Part shown: positions 37,123 through 49,400 of the stretch, one piece after another | Layout: every line of letters starts with the position of its first letter | Numbering within the stretch: position 1 is the first letter of the stretch | Source: Lytechinus pictus | Taxonomy: Eukaryota | Direction: 5' to 3' | DNA: 64,000 nucleotides | NCBI RefSeq assembly: GCF_037042905.1 | Contig: NC_087245.1 | Coordinates: 32,490,001-32,554,000, forward strand | Notes under the pieces: generated by a model | Seen by the model: only the letters and a program-made list of their open reading frames with translations | What the model was told of the DNA's origin: nothing | Databases searched by the model: none | Made by a program: the position numbers and the translations under genes

Positions 37123-40100
37123 ATGGACTTTCAATCTGCACTGTCTTTTTCTGCAACCATTTCTACCATTGGTCTCTTTTTGACTGGCATGTAAGTATGA
37201 TGTCCTCGGCATTGGAGTGTTCCATTACCTTGGGACTACATTTGTACTTGCAAAGTTTTACACTGTGAAGTGCAATTTTAACTTCAACGAATTGTACATT
37301 GGTGTAATTAATAAATAAATGATAAAGTTTGGTTATCCACTCCAAAGTAAATTTTTCAATAGAAGTTATCAGTGGGAAGCTGTAAGTATGTATAAGTTCA
37401 TGTATATACAAACATTAATCATTTGATGTTGTATAATTTGGGCTAATGAAATTTACCATTTCATTTTCTTTTTTACTTGCAGACAAATTTGCATGAAGAT
37501 CAGATCACAGGGTAATACAAAGAACATCTCCATTTTTCCATTCATCGCAGGTATCATAAAGTAAGTGTACTCTATAATGACCTCATGTATAGCTTGTATC
37601 TTAATCCAAGGGTCAAGGGTTCGAATCTCACCCAGCATTAATGTTCTTTGGCAAGGCGCTTATCCACATTTGTCACTCTCGACCCAGGTGTTAAATGGGT
37701 ATCTGGTATGATGTGAACGTCAATGTGATTAGATTTGCACGTGTGCACTGATAAATGGTTGCCTGGCCAGGATACTTTCAGGGAGTGGAAAAAGTGTACT
37801 TAATTTGTGGAAAAGTGATGGATCCTTTGACTGCGGTAATAATAATAATTACAATATAAAGTGCTTAGAAACACAAGTATGAAATGCTTTTATTTAAAGT
37901 ATTGTTACAATAGACATGACGATATAGGTATACATGTATAGATAAACTATGCTGTAATAGGAGACCTACTCGGCCTTGTATATTGGGCTCCATAAGTTCC
38001 TATGAATTTTATTTATATTAAAGGTCAAGTCCACCCCAGGAAAATGCTGACCTGAATAAATAGAGAAAAATCAAAGTAGCATAGTGCTGAAAATTTCATC
38101 AAAATCGGATGTAAAGTAAGACATTTATGACATTTTGAAGTTTCGCTTATTTTTCACAAAACAGTGATATGCACAACTAGGTGAGTCAGTCGATGATGTC
38201 CATCACTCACTATTTCTTATGTTTTTTATGGTTTGAATTATAAAATATATAATTTTTTATAGATTTGACAATAAGGACCAACTTGACTGAACCATATAGT
38301 ATTAAACAATGTTAATTCCACATGTTCAGGGAGGAATTAATCGGTGTATCACTTGACAAAGAGAAGAAAATTAGAATATTTCATCTAATAAAAACAGAAG
38401 AAATAGTGAGTGGATGACATCATAGTCTCCTCATTTGCATACCAGCCAGGATGTGCATATAACTGTTTTGTGAAATTAAGCGAAACTTTAAAATGTCATA
38501 ACTTTCTTATTTTACATCAGATTTTGATGAAATTTTCAGTGTTATGTCTGTTGGATTTTTCTCTTTTTATTCAAATCAACATTTTGTTGGGGTGGACTTG
38601 TCCTTTAACGTTTGTCATTTTGGTTTCATCGTTACTTAAACAGGGACGTTTTTAGTATAAACTTTTTTTTTTTTTTTTTTTTGCCCTCCAGCACAGTGCT
38701 ATGGACCAAGTATGGTGTACTGATAAAGGATCAGACAGTCATTTTTACCAATGGAGTTGGTATTGTTCTTCAAACGGTTTACACACTTGTCTATTACTTA
38801 AACACAAATGATAAGGTAAGTATATTGTTTATCTTAGCACTCTTAGCACTATTTCATGAAGCCTGTCAGCACTGACACGGTGTGCAATTCATGTGTACCA
38901 TTTGGTTTGCATGACTAGCTCTTCTGTACTGGTCAAGTAAATTCTGGAAATCTATTGGCCTAGGAAGGTAGGGATCTTTCCTCCTTCATGATTGGCTCTC
39001 AAACACCACAGGTTTTACATGTAATTGCATGCCATTCATACTTTTATGCAGCTGTGTAATTGGTCTTTATTTCACAGCTGATTGATTTGATTGTATTCAT
39101 ACATGTAGATGATAATATTTATATAGCGTTTTTCTATATTAATATACAGTACTCTTCTGCGCTTAACAATTGGTATCATAATTGTTATTACCCCGGCTAT
39201 ATCCGAGCCGCCATATGGGCGCTCAAGCATTCAAGGAATTTCTTTCTACCAGGTACCCATTCACCTCACCAGGGTTGAATGCAGCACAAAGTGGGTAAAT
39301 TTCTTGCTGAAGGAAAACACGCCATGGTTTGAAATCAAACCCATAACCCTCAGATTGAAAGACGAGAGTTGCAACCACTAGACCACGACGCCTCAACAGA
39401 TATATGCTTAGCACCCCCTCCCCCTTCCAGAAAAAAAAGTTTGCTTTTACAGAATGGAAAAAAACTAGGGACAGTCAGTCATGTTTGTTTTTGTCTTTTA
39501 AGAATGATACAAAAGCTCCTCATACTTTTCTGTTGTGGATTTCCCACCTCAAATGTAAATATAAAATGGAGATACATGTAGTGTTATTTTTTTAAGGTCA
39601 TAAATATTAAAACTTAGGTCGATCAGCACATGTTTTTTTCAAGGGGGGGGGGTCATATCTGAATGAAGTTGGAGTACAGCAAACAAACTTTCCTCATTTT
39701 TTGTCCGATTATAAAAGCAAAAATATTTTCATTTGATTTCTTTTATTTTTTTTGCAGAAGAATGTACATTCCAAGCTCCTATACACAAGCCTGATCTTGT
39801 ATCCAACATTAGGAGCTGTGAAATTCATGGACATATCAGCAGCAACAGCCATTCACTACATAGGCTTAGCATCCTCATTCGCAACAGTACTCATGTATGC
39901 AGCACCTCTTAGTGTAGTGGTAAGTAAACATATTCTTAAACCCTGAGGAGACTTGGGGGCCTTCTTCTCGACATTTTCACGATTAATCTGTAACATGAAA
40001 AGCCTGTGCAACGTTGTTTAGTGAGCCTTTTCTTTCAAATCTGGCGCAACATCTGAGACCTAAAAATGTCATCAACGAATTCCATTAAAAAAACTCTCAC

Positions 40101-41341
40101 TTACACACACAAAAAAAGAAAGGAACATATATATGAGAAATTTCAAAAGCAATGAAATGATAAAGCATTTTGAAACCAATTATTTTAATATTTATTTGGA
40201 GTTGATGAGATATCTGTGTGGTCATGATTAGGTCCATGATAAAGCACTCACATGTCTCTATGTATCACTTTCCATAGCAAGTGGTCACCCAATTGGTCAG
40301 CTTGCTGGGTGATCTTATGCACAGTATATGACAAATCTTAATTATTTGTCCCTTTCTTTTTTTATAGATATTTATGACTTTCTTTTGGTCTGAAAATTTT
40401 GGGAATGATTATTTGTACACTTCAAAGACATGTGTACATTTCTTTCCATCGGAAGTAATTTTTTCCTACTTTTTTTCTAGGCTCAGGTCATCAAAACCAA
40501 AAGTACTGAGGCCCTCCCCTTTCCTCTATCATTTGTGGGATTGATAGTATCGTTGCAGTGGTTCTTGTATGGACGTCTTGTACAGGACTCGTTTATTCAG
40601 GTGAGTTTGAGCAAGTTAAGCAATTAATTCCTATTGTTGGGTCACTAAGCAAGTCCTATACAGTAAAGGGTGCAAGATCTGACTTTGGGGTTGAGAGACT
40701 CCGGATCTTTGGCAGTGCATGGCTTTGCAAGGAGAGGCAGACCAAGTGTGTTGCATTGTATGGAAGTGATAATAATTATAAGATCACAGTTATTGATCAC
40801 ATTACAAATGTGACATTTACACAATGATAAGAATAGATAATAGACATAATTCATATAAACAAGTTCGAATCTAGATAAGGGATAGATAAACTCTTCGCTT
40901 TACCCCCTAACTGAGCCAGGCAGGAGGGGAGGGGGGGCATTGGTTTAACCAAAGCGTGATTATTTCCTTATGTTGTATTCCAAATCAGAAATGATTGAAT
41001 TACAGAAAGTATGAGGAATATGTTTTACTTGTACAGAATGTGACCAAAGCTCCAATAAGAGAATTTGGTAAACAGGTTGTTGATGCGGCCTGTATTTATT
41101 TAGTTTTCCTGTATTGCACCTGACGACGATGGTACAAAGTTCAATGCACTTTCATTTTGGATTACCCTAGATGTTGATAACATGTATTGGCACAATTATC
41201 ATGATATTGATTTTTTTTTCCTTCTTCTAGATTCCCAACTTCATGGGTATGCTTCTGGGCGCATTTCAAATGTCTCTCTTTATTCGATATCCTGGCCCCT
41301 CTCGGAAATACGACCTCTCGGGACCATCGAGTGTCATTTGA
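37123..41341 (+). CDS. SLC50A1: Sugar transporter SWEET1 (MtN3/saliva family), 220 aa; join(37123..37190,37483..37560,38692..38815,39758..39919,40481..40600,41231..41341)
   Basis: Translation MDFQSALSFSATISTIGLFLTGI|QICMKIRSQGNTKNISIFPFIAGIIN|TVLWTKYGVLIKDQTVIFTNGVG...|...MYAAPLSVV|AQVIKTKSTEALPFPLS...QWFLYGRLVQDSFIQ|IPNFMGMLLG... shows two MtN3 repeats with W..YG, N..G, MY.APL, TKST and PN..G motifs. GT-AG introns, 663 nt. Confidence 0.95.
37575..37885 (+). mobile_element. Degenerate tRNA-derived SINE in an SLC50A1 intron
   Basis: B-box GGTTCGAATCTC and body ACTCTCGACCCAGGTGTTAAATGGGTA, similar to the 9874 SINE. Confidence 0.55.
38022..38604. mobile_element. Non-autonomous Kolobok-like DNA transposon, family A copy 3 (inverted relative to copies 1 and 2)
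   Basis: TTAA|AGGTCAAGTCCACCCCAGG ... GGGGTGGACTTGTCCT|TTAA; reads as the reverse complement of 23047-23632. Confidence 0.85.
39111..39394 (-). mobile_element. tRNA-derived SINE (minus strand)
   Basis: Reverse complement begins GAGGCGTCGTGGTCTAGTGGTT...CTTTCAATCTGAGGG...GGTTTGATTTC, matching the 9874 SINE head and body. Confidence 0.75.
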
Positions 41342-43384
41342 AGGACTTGCTTAGATAGCAATGAAGAGTAAACAGTAACACTCACAGAGGAAACCGGTTT
41401 TATCGGCTTTCTCTCTGACACCAAGAATCTTGAAGTTTCTATTCCTTGATTCATCCTTGTGCAATGACGGTATAGGTTACAAAAGGCAGGAGGGGATCGA
41501 AGAGACGAAACATGTGTGCTATTGTATTCTCAACAAAGCTTTTAACCTGTTGCCAGCTGGAACTCGGTGCAAACTGTACAAGGGCTATGGGAATTACAGA
41601 ATTCAGTATTCAGCGGGTTAATCTTACTCCATGAGCATGGTCGCATCGACTTTTGAATTCGGCCAGAGTCAGCTTCGTTAGCCCTGTGAGTCATCAGTTA
41701 AAGTGCTTGAACATGGTAGTGACATTTGAGGGGGAGGTTGGATGATACCTTCTCCCCCTCCCTTTGAATTTGGAATTTTATACAACGTAAGAGAAATAAT
41801 AATCTTAGAGTGACCAAAAATCTCATAAAATAACCTTGAATGAAATGTACTGTCGTTGCTGTTGAGACAACTTCTAAAAAAAACCTGAGTAAGATGGTGT
41901 TCATGATATACTGCGAGTATGTTTAATGTTAAATGAATAAAAAAGAATATGTGTCTCTCTCGGTCTCCCCTCTCTCGTTGCTGATCATTGGATTTTGTAT
42001 GGCCATGTGTTAGGGAAAGAAACATGAATTACAAGTTGAACAAAATTCAACAAGAAACATGAGAGAGGAGGGTTTATGAGAGCTTGAATAGAAGTCGGGA
42101 AGTTCTGTAAAGTTGTAAACACTATCTATTTTGATGATTGACAGTTTAATTAATATCATGGTGACGTAGGGTATTGACAAATCCCATATTTGCTTCAGTA
42201 CACAGAGTTACGGAAATGACATCTTTTTTGAAGTTCTAGACAGAATTTTATATTTTTTTAAGTGAACCTATTTATTTGTTGTCTATGCTATTATATTTGG
42301 TACACGTGATACGGAAGTACAGATACTGAGGAACAATCGCAAATACTTGATGATTCTGCCCAGGCCCAAATTAGAGAGCTATCTCTAGCATCTAGATTGC
42401 TATCTACTCACTAAATTGCCAATTTGATGTAGCCTTCGATATCTCACCTTAAAAAAAAAACAGCTTTCGTATTCCTTGTCTCGTTTCTTTCAAATTTACA
42501 CCATACAGTTTGTCTTACTATTTCTACTTCACAAGTCATTTTACATGTACAAGCAAAGTTTAATTTCCCTTTAACCAAATGCCACTTTCATGTAGCACAT
42601 TGAAAATGTTTTTGCATGATGGAAAGGGATTGAATTCTGAATACCATTATAAGTACCATCATAACTTTCATTACAATTTGCATCATAAGTTGCCTAGTTA
42701 GAGCGTATAAAACATGTGTTGTGCTTTGTAGCTTACAGGATATTGACTAATTGTTTAATTGTTAATTTTGCTTTGAATTTTGTGTAGGATCTTCAAACAG
42801 AAAGTTCCAATGGTATTTTATAACACATTTCAGAATACATGTACCCTAAAACACAATTAGGTAAACTGTACTCTGAATAACATCCCCAATATTCATCTAC
42901 AGCGCTTACTATTGTGTCCTAAACATTGAATTTGAACAACTCCTTATGCCAAATTAATATATGGAATTACCTGCATTTTTGAAATTTTAGGGTGATAATA
43001 TATATTTAATGTTGCTGGGCCTCTAATGCCACATTTTACAATAAATGTGTCGCTTTTATTTCCATATTTTTGTAAATTATTGTAATCATGTTATAATTTT
43101 CTTTAATGAACTAGTATCTGATAATTTTTTATAGATTTAGATCATTTCTTGCAATAAATCTTTTTGTAGGCATTAAAAGTTTGCAGCTCTATGCATTGAA
43201 ATAGGTGATGGTTTAACTTAATATTTTTTTAAAGACAATCATTTATTACAAATGACATATCTCTGAATTACCTTTGGGTTCAACTCCACTTTGGAGAAAT
43301 GCTATAATTTTTTAGTTTGGCAATCCCAAGCAAAAGTGGACATTTAAAACAAAAAATATGTTGGCTCTTGTCCAAATCCAGACA

Positions 43385-43711
43385 AAATCAATTCTCATAC
43401 ATATTCCACTATCTAAAAAATTCTGGGGCGATCGATCCTTTGCTCATGCCGGACTGGCCCTGTGGAATTCACTACCACAAGAGTTGAAGAACTCAAACTC
43501 TGCAACATCTTTCAAGGGCAACCTAAAATTGCATTTGTTCACAAGCAGGAACTAGGTTTGAAAACAGACATTTTTCCTCATTTATAATGTACCTTTTCTT
43601 GTACTTCTCTAAGTTCACTTTACTTTTATGTTTTGCTCTCTTCTAAGCGCCTTGAGCATTTAATCAAAATGGAAAAGACGCTATAAAAATCCTATGTATT
43701 ATTATTATTAT
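43385..43711 (+). mobile_element. L2-like LINE 3' end
   Basis: Encodes GDRSFAHAGLALWNSLPQEL...SFKGNLKLHLF*, then AAGCGCCTTGAGCAT...CGCTATAAAAAT...(TAT)n tail. Confidence 0.75.
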
Positions 43712-46319
43712 AAAAAATTGTGGATGTTGGCAATTTATATCTCATTACAAACAGAGGAGCTGCTCGTCTGTGACGTCACAAGATCAAAATTTAAAAATTC
43801 ATAACTCGGTTTATTCTTTGAGGGATTTTCATCGGACCTCTCTAATGTTTCCCTCTAATTTTCTGCTTTTGTTAAAATCAACTTATCGTCAAGGTGATCT
43901 TCCCCTTCAAGCGATCATATTTACAACGTTATGCTGCATATCTCCGAATTTGTATGTATTTACAGTGTCTTTAATATTCTGATCAACTCAACCATAGTAA
44001 TGTTGGGGGCTACTTTAAATGAATGCATGTATATGCTGTGATATTTTGCAATCTGCCTTTAACTTTAAATGTATATTTTAATTGATTTGTTAACATCATC
44101 CAGAAAATTTAGATTGGAAAAGATTTGTTTTAACGGTAGTATGAAAAGTTACTATCAATATAGTAACTCTGACATCCAATGGTAACTTCCCTGAAATCCT
44201 TGATTCTGATTGGCTGATTAGCATTGTTACCATGGTAGTTACTATTGAATGGCAAAATTACTATGATAGTAACTTTTATGCAACGGGCCCAGGAGGGAGA
44301 AAAATCATTATTGTTTGGCTATAACTGAAAAATGTATCTATTAATGAATTTGACAGACTAAATTTCAAATGCACGATTGTGGTATATCAGTAAAGTATTA
44401 TATTTGTTTTAAGAATACGATGCTATTTCTCCTTAATAGTATTAGATAATTCATTCGGTTTTCTAATTTGATTCTTGTGTACATGTAATATGTATCTTTC
44501 TGACCATTCCTTCTTATTTTACATCATTATACATGTGTGCCAATTTTAGTTGATTTTTTTTATTGAACGAAGATTGATTAGTTCGAAATTATTTTGATTT
44601 ATTGCCAGTGGGTTTTACATGTAGGAATTAATTCAGTTTGCTCACGTACCTGTACTGTGCCTTTTAAGTGCATTTTTGAAAATGATCTTTTATTGAATTT
44701 GGAGGGGAGGTAACAGAAATTTGTGACAAAGCTTTTAATTGACTGTAAATATTGCTGTTATTTCATATCTTTTCATTCATAATTCTTTAAGTATGCACAT
44801 GCTTTTCTTGTAAACAGATCTGTGTTGAAAATTTTTGTTTCAGATTTGCAATTCTGTAAAGATGCAATTTAATAAAACATTTCTTTGTATACATCTCATT
44901 GATTATTATCACATTGACTATCTTTAATCAGAAAAGCCCATTGCACATTCCAAGCCGTTTGCTGCCCTTTTTGGAAAAAAAATAAGTGTTGATTTTTTTT
45001 TTCATCTCAAACAAAATAAGATTATGGATTAAAGGATTGACCAGCGACGGGGGCAAGTAAAGGAATGGGGTCTAACGGCTGATGAGCATGTAAACATAAA
45101 AAAAACCTGTTAAGGTTACAATCATTTCCAAATAAAATATAACTCGCAAAACATTGAATGAAAGCCTTAAAATCAAATCGACCTCCAATCCCATAGTCAT
45201 TTGAAGTATAGCGCCTTTTCCTTTCGGTTACAAAGAGAAGTGGTTGTCACGTCACGTTTCGTCAGCATAACTATTTTTGTTGTCTATTTGTCATTTTAAC
45301 CTCATATTGACAATGGATTAACTATTTGCATATAATCACTTTCCTGAGGCTCTCGATTATCTTGTTGAATAAAGCAATGTATTAAAACAAATACTGGTAT
45401 TTTGATGTACTATTTAATAATGTCAGTCTTGTTTTTTTGTTTTTTTCAGTCAAGTGTTGTTACCATGGACTGCCAAGTTATATTAGTATTTTCTCTCTCT
45501 CTCCGTTATTTTGATGAAAAAGGTCGATGGAATTTTCTTCTTCAATTGAAAAAGGAATAGGCTTACCGATAAAAATCAAAATGATTTGACTCTTCGTACA
45601 AACCAGATTTTCCCCCTGTAACTGTACTGTTCGATTGGTTTAGATTGTTCATGTAGGTGAGTGTGGGTGTGTGAGAGAGAGTGAGAACATAGGGGTAGAG
45701 AGAGATTTGAAGGACTTTAGAAAAATAAACCTCACTCGCCATAAGAACGATTGATCACAATGGTTTTGATTATGACATAAATTACTGAAGTTGGGCTCCA
45801 CCATGCATATTGATATGCGATCGAGCAAATTCTCAATAGTTCAAAGACTGGATGGAGTTCAAAACTGTTTTTCTTTTGAAAGTATTATAGCGATAAAATT
45901 AGGATTAAACAGTCGAAATGTATTCAATGAAACTCATTTACTCATTGGTTGGATGTGAGATGAGAGTGGAATAAGATGTCATCATATTAATAACGCACAG
46001 ATAGTGCTGGAGATTATCAAACTGGTGGCCAGTGACATCCCAAAGATACGAAAGACAACCCGCTAGGAACCGACCAGATTGAACAAGAATCATGCAGAGA
46101 AAAGATTAAAAAAAGTAAGCTTGATAAGAATAAAAGGAGGACATTGGGATGGGGTCGACGAAAAAAAATACCGTGATGATATTTATAGTAACATTGGACC
46201 ATTATGTAACTCAAGTGTCACGCGCGTAAAACATTCCCCGTGCATAGACTTGTGTGTTAAAATGGCACTCTTGAAAAATTCATAAAACATAAACGTGAAA
46301 TTAGATGGTCGAATTTTTA

Positions 46320-46887
46320 CCCGGGGGGGCCACTTCCATTGACGAGTGGATACCATGCGCGACCATGGGGTCTCGAAAAGCACCCTAAACACGTATTTTC
46401 CAAATTCTGAAAATGCACCCCTTAATAAGTATTGGCGTCTAAAACCATACCCTTAACAAGTATTGAAAAAAAAACGATACTCTTGACAAGTATTCCCTGA
46501 AATGAACCCCTAAACAAGTACAGTGATGGGTCCATCAGTCGTTGGTTTTACCTTTAATACACACTTGGTTTAGTACGGCCCCATGCATATCATCTTCTAC
46601 ACCTCGCGCAAATCGGACTCTATATTAAACACGTAGTGCTGGGGCAAAAAGGACATCCTTTACTCCTTTATAAAACATTTTAATTTTGTTTTATCATTCC
46701 CGCAAATATGACCCTAAACACGTAGCTTTCCTAGCGAAATAGATACCCTTTTTTCATTATTTTTGTGTTTTTGACACCCTTATCACGTTACGTACGTAAC
46801 GTGCCCTATCTTGAAAAAGACATCCTTTTTACGTGTTTTTTTGGTCGCGCATGGTATCCACTCGTCAATGTAAGTGGCCCCCCCGGG
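46320..46887. mobile_element. MITE with ~45-bp TIRs and 8-10 bp TSD (hAT- or MULE-like)
   Basis: CCCGGGGGGGCCACTTCCATTGACGAGTGGATACCATGCGCGACCA ... TGGTCGCGCATGGTATCCACTCGTCAATGTAAGTGGCCCCCCCGGG; flanking direct repeat (G)AATTTTTA(C). Confidence 0.9.
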
Positions 46888-47757
46888 AATTTTTACTACC
46901 ATTGGATAGGATATATATCTGACATTCCATATCTGACCAGAAAAGGGTAACGTAGCCAGCTTATTTAAAAAATAAATCGCCATTTATGAAGATAACTATG
47001 ATGGGATCAAATTTATCAACTGAAACAGTAAAATAGCCCTAATTTTTCCGCCAGTCAAAAAATTGTTCCAAAGTCATTGATATGTCTTCCCAATTTGGGG
47101 AAAGGAAATTCAGTAGTTACCATTTCTAGAATCAGTGTTAGATTTTCAATTTTATTCATACACTTTTGTCAGCAATCAGCAATATCAAATTGAAAAAAAA
47201 ATCGAATGGGCTGGGTCGAACGAATATCTTTAATTTTCCTGTTGTAATTAGGCTCATGAAACTCCCAATTCTATGCATTGGAGCATACCCTAGTTTACAG
47301 GCACGGACCTTGATTGAAGCTTTGGTCAACAAGTGGGTAACACACAACTAAGACTAGCACAAATACGACATGCTGTTGCAATTTCCTGAACGAAAGCGAC
47401 CTTCTGAGCACAGGTCACTGTATATTCAGACCACTTTCCTACATATATGTATACATATGTATATATATGTATATATATATTATACATGTACTACAGCTTT
47501 GGCAACTCTTTTATAAAGAGTTGCCAATAAAAGAGTTGCCAAAGCTGTAGTACATGTATAACTTCACACATTTGTATACTTTCTCCCATACGTGTACTGT
47601 ATCAAAACAATAGCTTTGATCCAGCTAGCTGAGGCATGGCGGCTTGTCATTGTTCAAAACCCACCTTCACCCGACAAAGGAAATTATAATTGGTATGGTG
47701 TCGAAAATCTGTCTATCTGACGGTCAATCGGATCGGGGTTGCCCTAGCCACTAACCC

Positions 47758-47829
47758 GTCTCTGTGGTCTAGTGGTTAAGGCACCGGCGTTCAAAGTTGG
47801 GGGCCCGGGTTCGATTCCCGGCAGAGACA
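47758..47829 (+). tRNA. tRNA-like cloverleaf (72 nt), anticodon position reads TCA; probably repeat-borne or a pseudo-tRNA
   Basis: Acceptor GTCTCTG/CAGAGAC+A; D stem GTCT/AGGC; anticodon stem CCGGC/GTTGG (two G-U) with loop GT-TCA-AA; 4-nt variable loop; T stem CCGGG/CCCGG with TTCGATT loop; followed by T6 at 47830-47835. G at position 32 is atypical. Confidence 0.55.
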
Positions 47830-47931
47830 TTTTTTCGGCATCACCAATTTTTCCAAAAAGGGTAGATAGCTCTGGGGAACCTTGATCTAAGCTACGCCTA
47901 CCATTGTTCTCTTCATCAATTTCTTTCACAC

Positions 47932-47984
<53 letters not shown>

Positions 47985-48187
47985 GGCAAAGTGGTAATGC
48001 ATTGTACTTAGTTCCAACAGTTTATTTTGAATTCCAAACTTTCGACGTTAAACATACGTCTTCCCGTATGTTTAACGTCGAAAATTTGGGATTCAATTCA
48101 AAATAAACTGTTGGAACTATAAGTACAATGCATTACCACTTTGCCTTAAAAATATCTTCTATGTCCAACACGCGGAACGTAATATCG

Positions 48188-48234
<47 letters not shown>

Positions 48235-48284
48235 ACTATTGACTGTATTGACTAAATTGACTGAAGCCATCACCCGTCATTTTA

Positions 48285-49368
48285 CAGTCAGACCGCAGGT
48301 CCCAAGAAAGTGGCTTCTTTCATCCAAGTGATATTCATGACTTGAGATGTTTTGCATATTTAATGAGCTTGATGCGGACCAAAACACCTCTTTTCATTCG
48401 GTCATTGCTGCTCTAATTGTGCATCGAATTTCATGAATTTGGTACCATTGTAAAGAAGAAGAATCATTCTTTTAGGTCATGTGTTTGGATTTATTCAAAG
48501 ATTTTGTAATATAGGTTAAAATTTTGATCTAAAATATGCTACAAAATAAATATTTTCACCTGACAAAAGCTGCTATTTTCACACTTTATTTTTGTTTGAG
48601 CCCAAATGATTTTTATATCATGATGAAGCTGAATATGTATGCTTTGAAATGATATAGGTTTCAAAATAAGAATTGGTTTAATCGGGTCAAGATCACACTT
48701 TTCATTTGCCAAGTACATAAAGCAGCTTGAAAACAAGAATACTGCACTCTGATTGGTCAAAGAGACCACACAATGGCAAATTCCAACGGTCCCAGTGCCT
48801 GGGTTCGTGGGAAGGTCACACTTCCCATGTGGTAATCTCCTCAAATACCCCGCGCCTGTTGTTCTGTGAATCTTATCCAGCCAATCAGAACTCTGGATTT
48901 CATGCAAGTACAAAATTTCAGAAATCTCGTCTTGTACCTTGGTGGGAAAAGTGTGATCTTGACCCGATTAAAAGGTGCTGCATATCAAGAGTGGCATTGT
49001 GAGAAAGTACAGAAGTTCAGCTTTATGTTGATATCAATATCATTGAGGCTCAAAATAAAAAGTTTTGCACAATTTGCAAAAGAAAACAGAGGAAGAAAAT
49101 TCAGTTTTGAGGCACATTTTCAGGCCAGAAATTTACTTATTTAACAAAATATTGTATACAAAATAAATGACCAATATAAAAGAGTAACATTTACTCTATC
49201 TGATGGTGCAATAATATTTCATTTAACTTGAGGTTAAATCAGGTAAATTCTTAGAGAAAGAAAATCTCACGAATCACGAGATTTTGCAAGGAGGAGGATT
49301 CAGCCACGAGATGATTTGGATGAATCTGGCCTTTTTGCTCATTAGCATAGGGACCTGCGGTCTGACTG
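48285..49368. mobile_element. Non-autonomous TIR element, superfamily unclear
   Basis: CAGTCAGACCGCAGGTCCC ... GGGACCTGCGGTCTGACTG (19-bp perfect TIR) flanked by TTTA on both sides; internal inverted pair TTAATCGGGTCAAGATCACACTTTT / AAAAGTGTGATCTTGACCCGATTAA. Confidence 0.8.
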
Positions 49369-49400
49369 TTTATGACTTTCAGCTACCAAAGCCGCCTATA

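Noticed and set aside
47620..47730. Hammerhead ribozyme upstream of the tRNA-like unit
   Set aside because: GTCGAAA and CTGAGGC/CTGACGG are present but there is no intact CTGANGA in a workable arrangement.
47758..47829. tRNA-Sec
   Set aside because: Lacks the long variable arm and the extended acceptor/T and D stems of eukaryotic tRNA-Sec.
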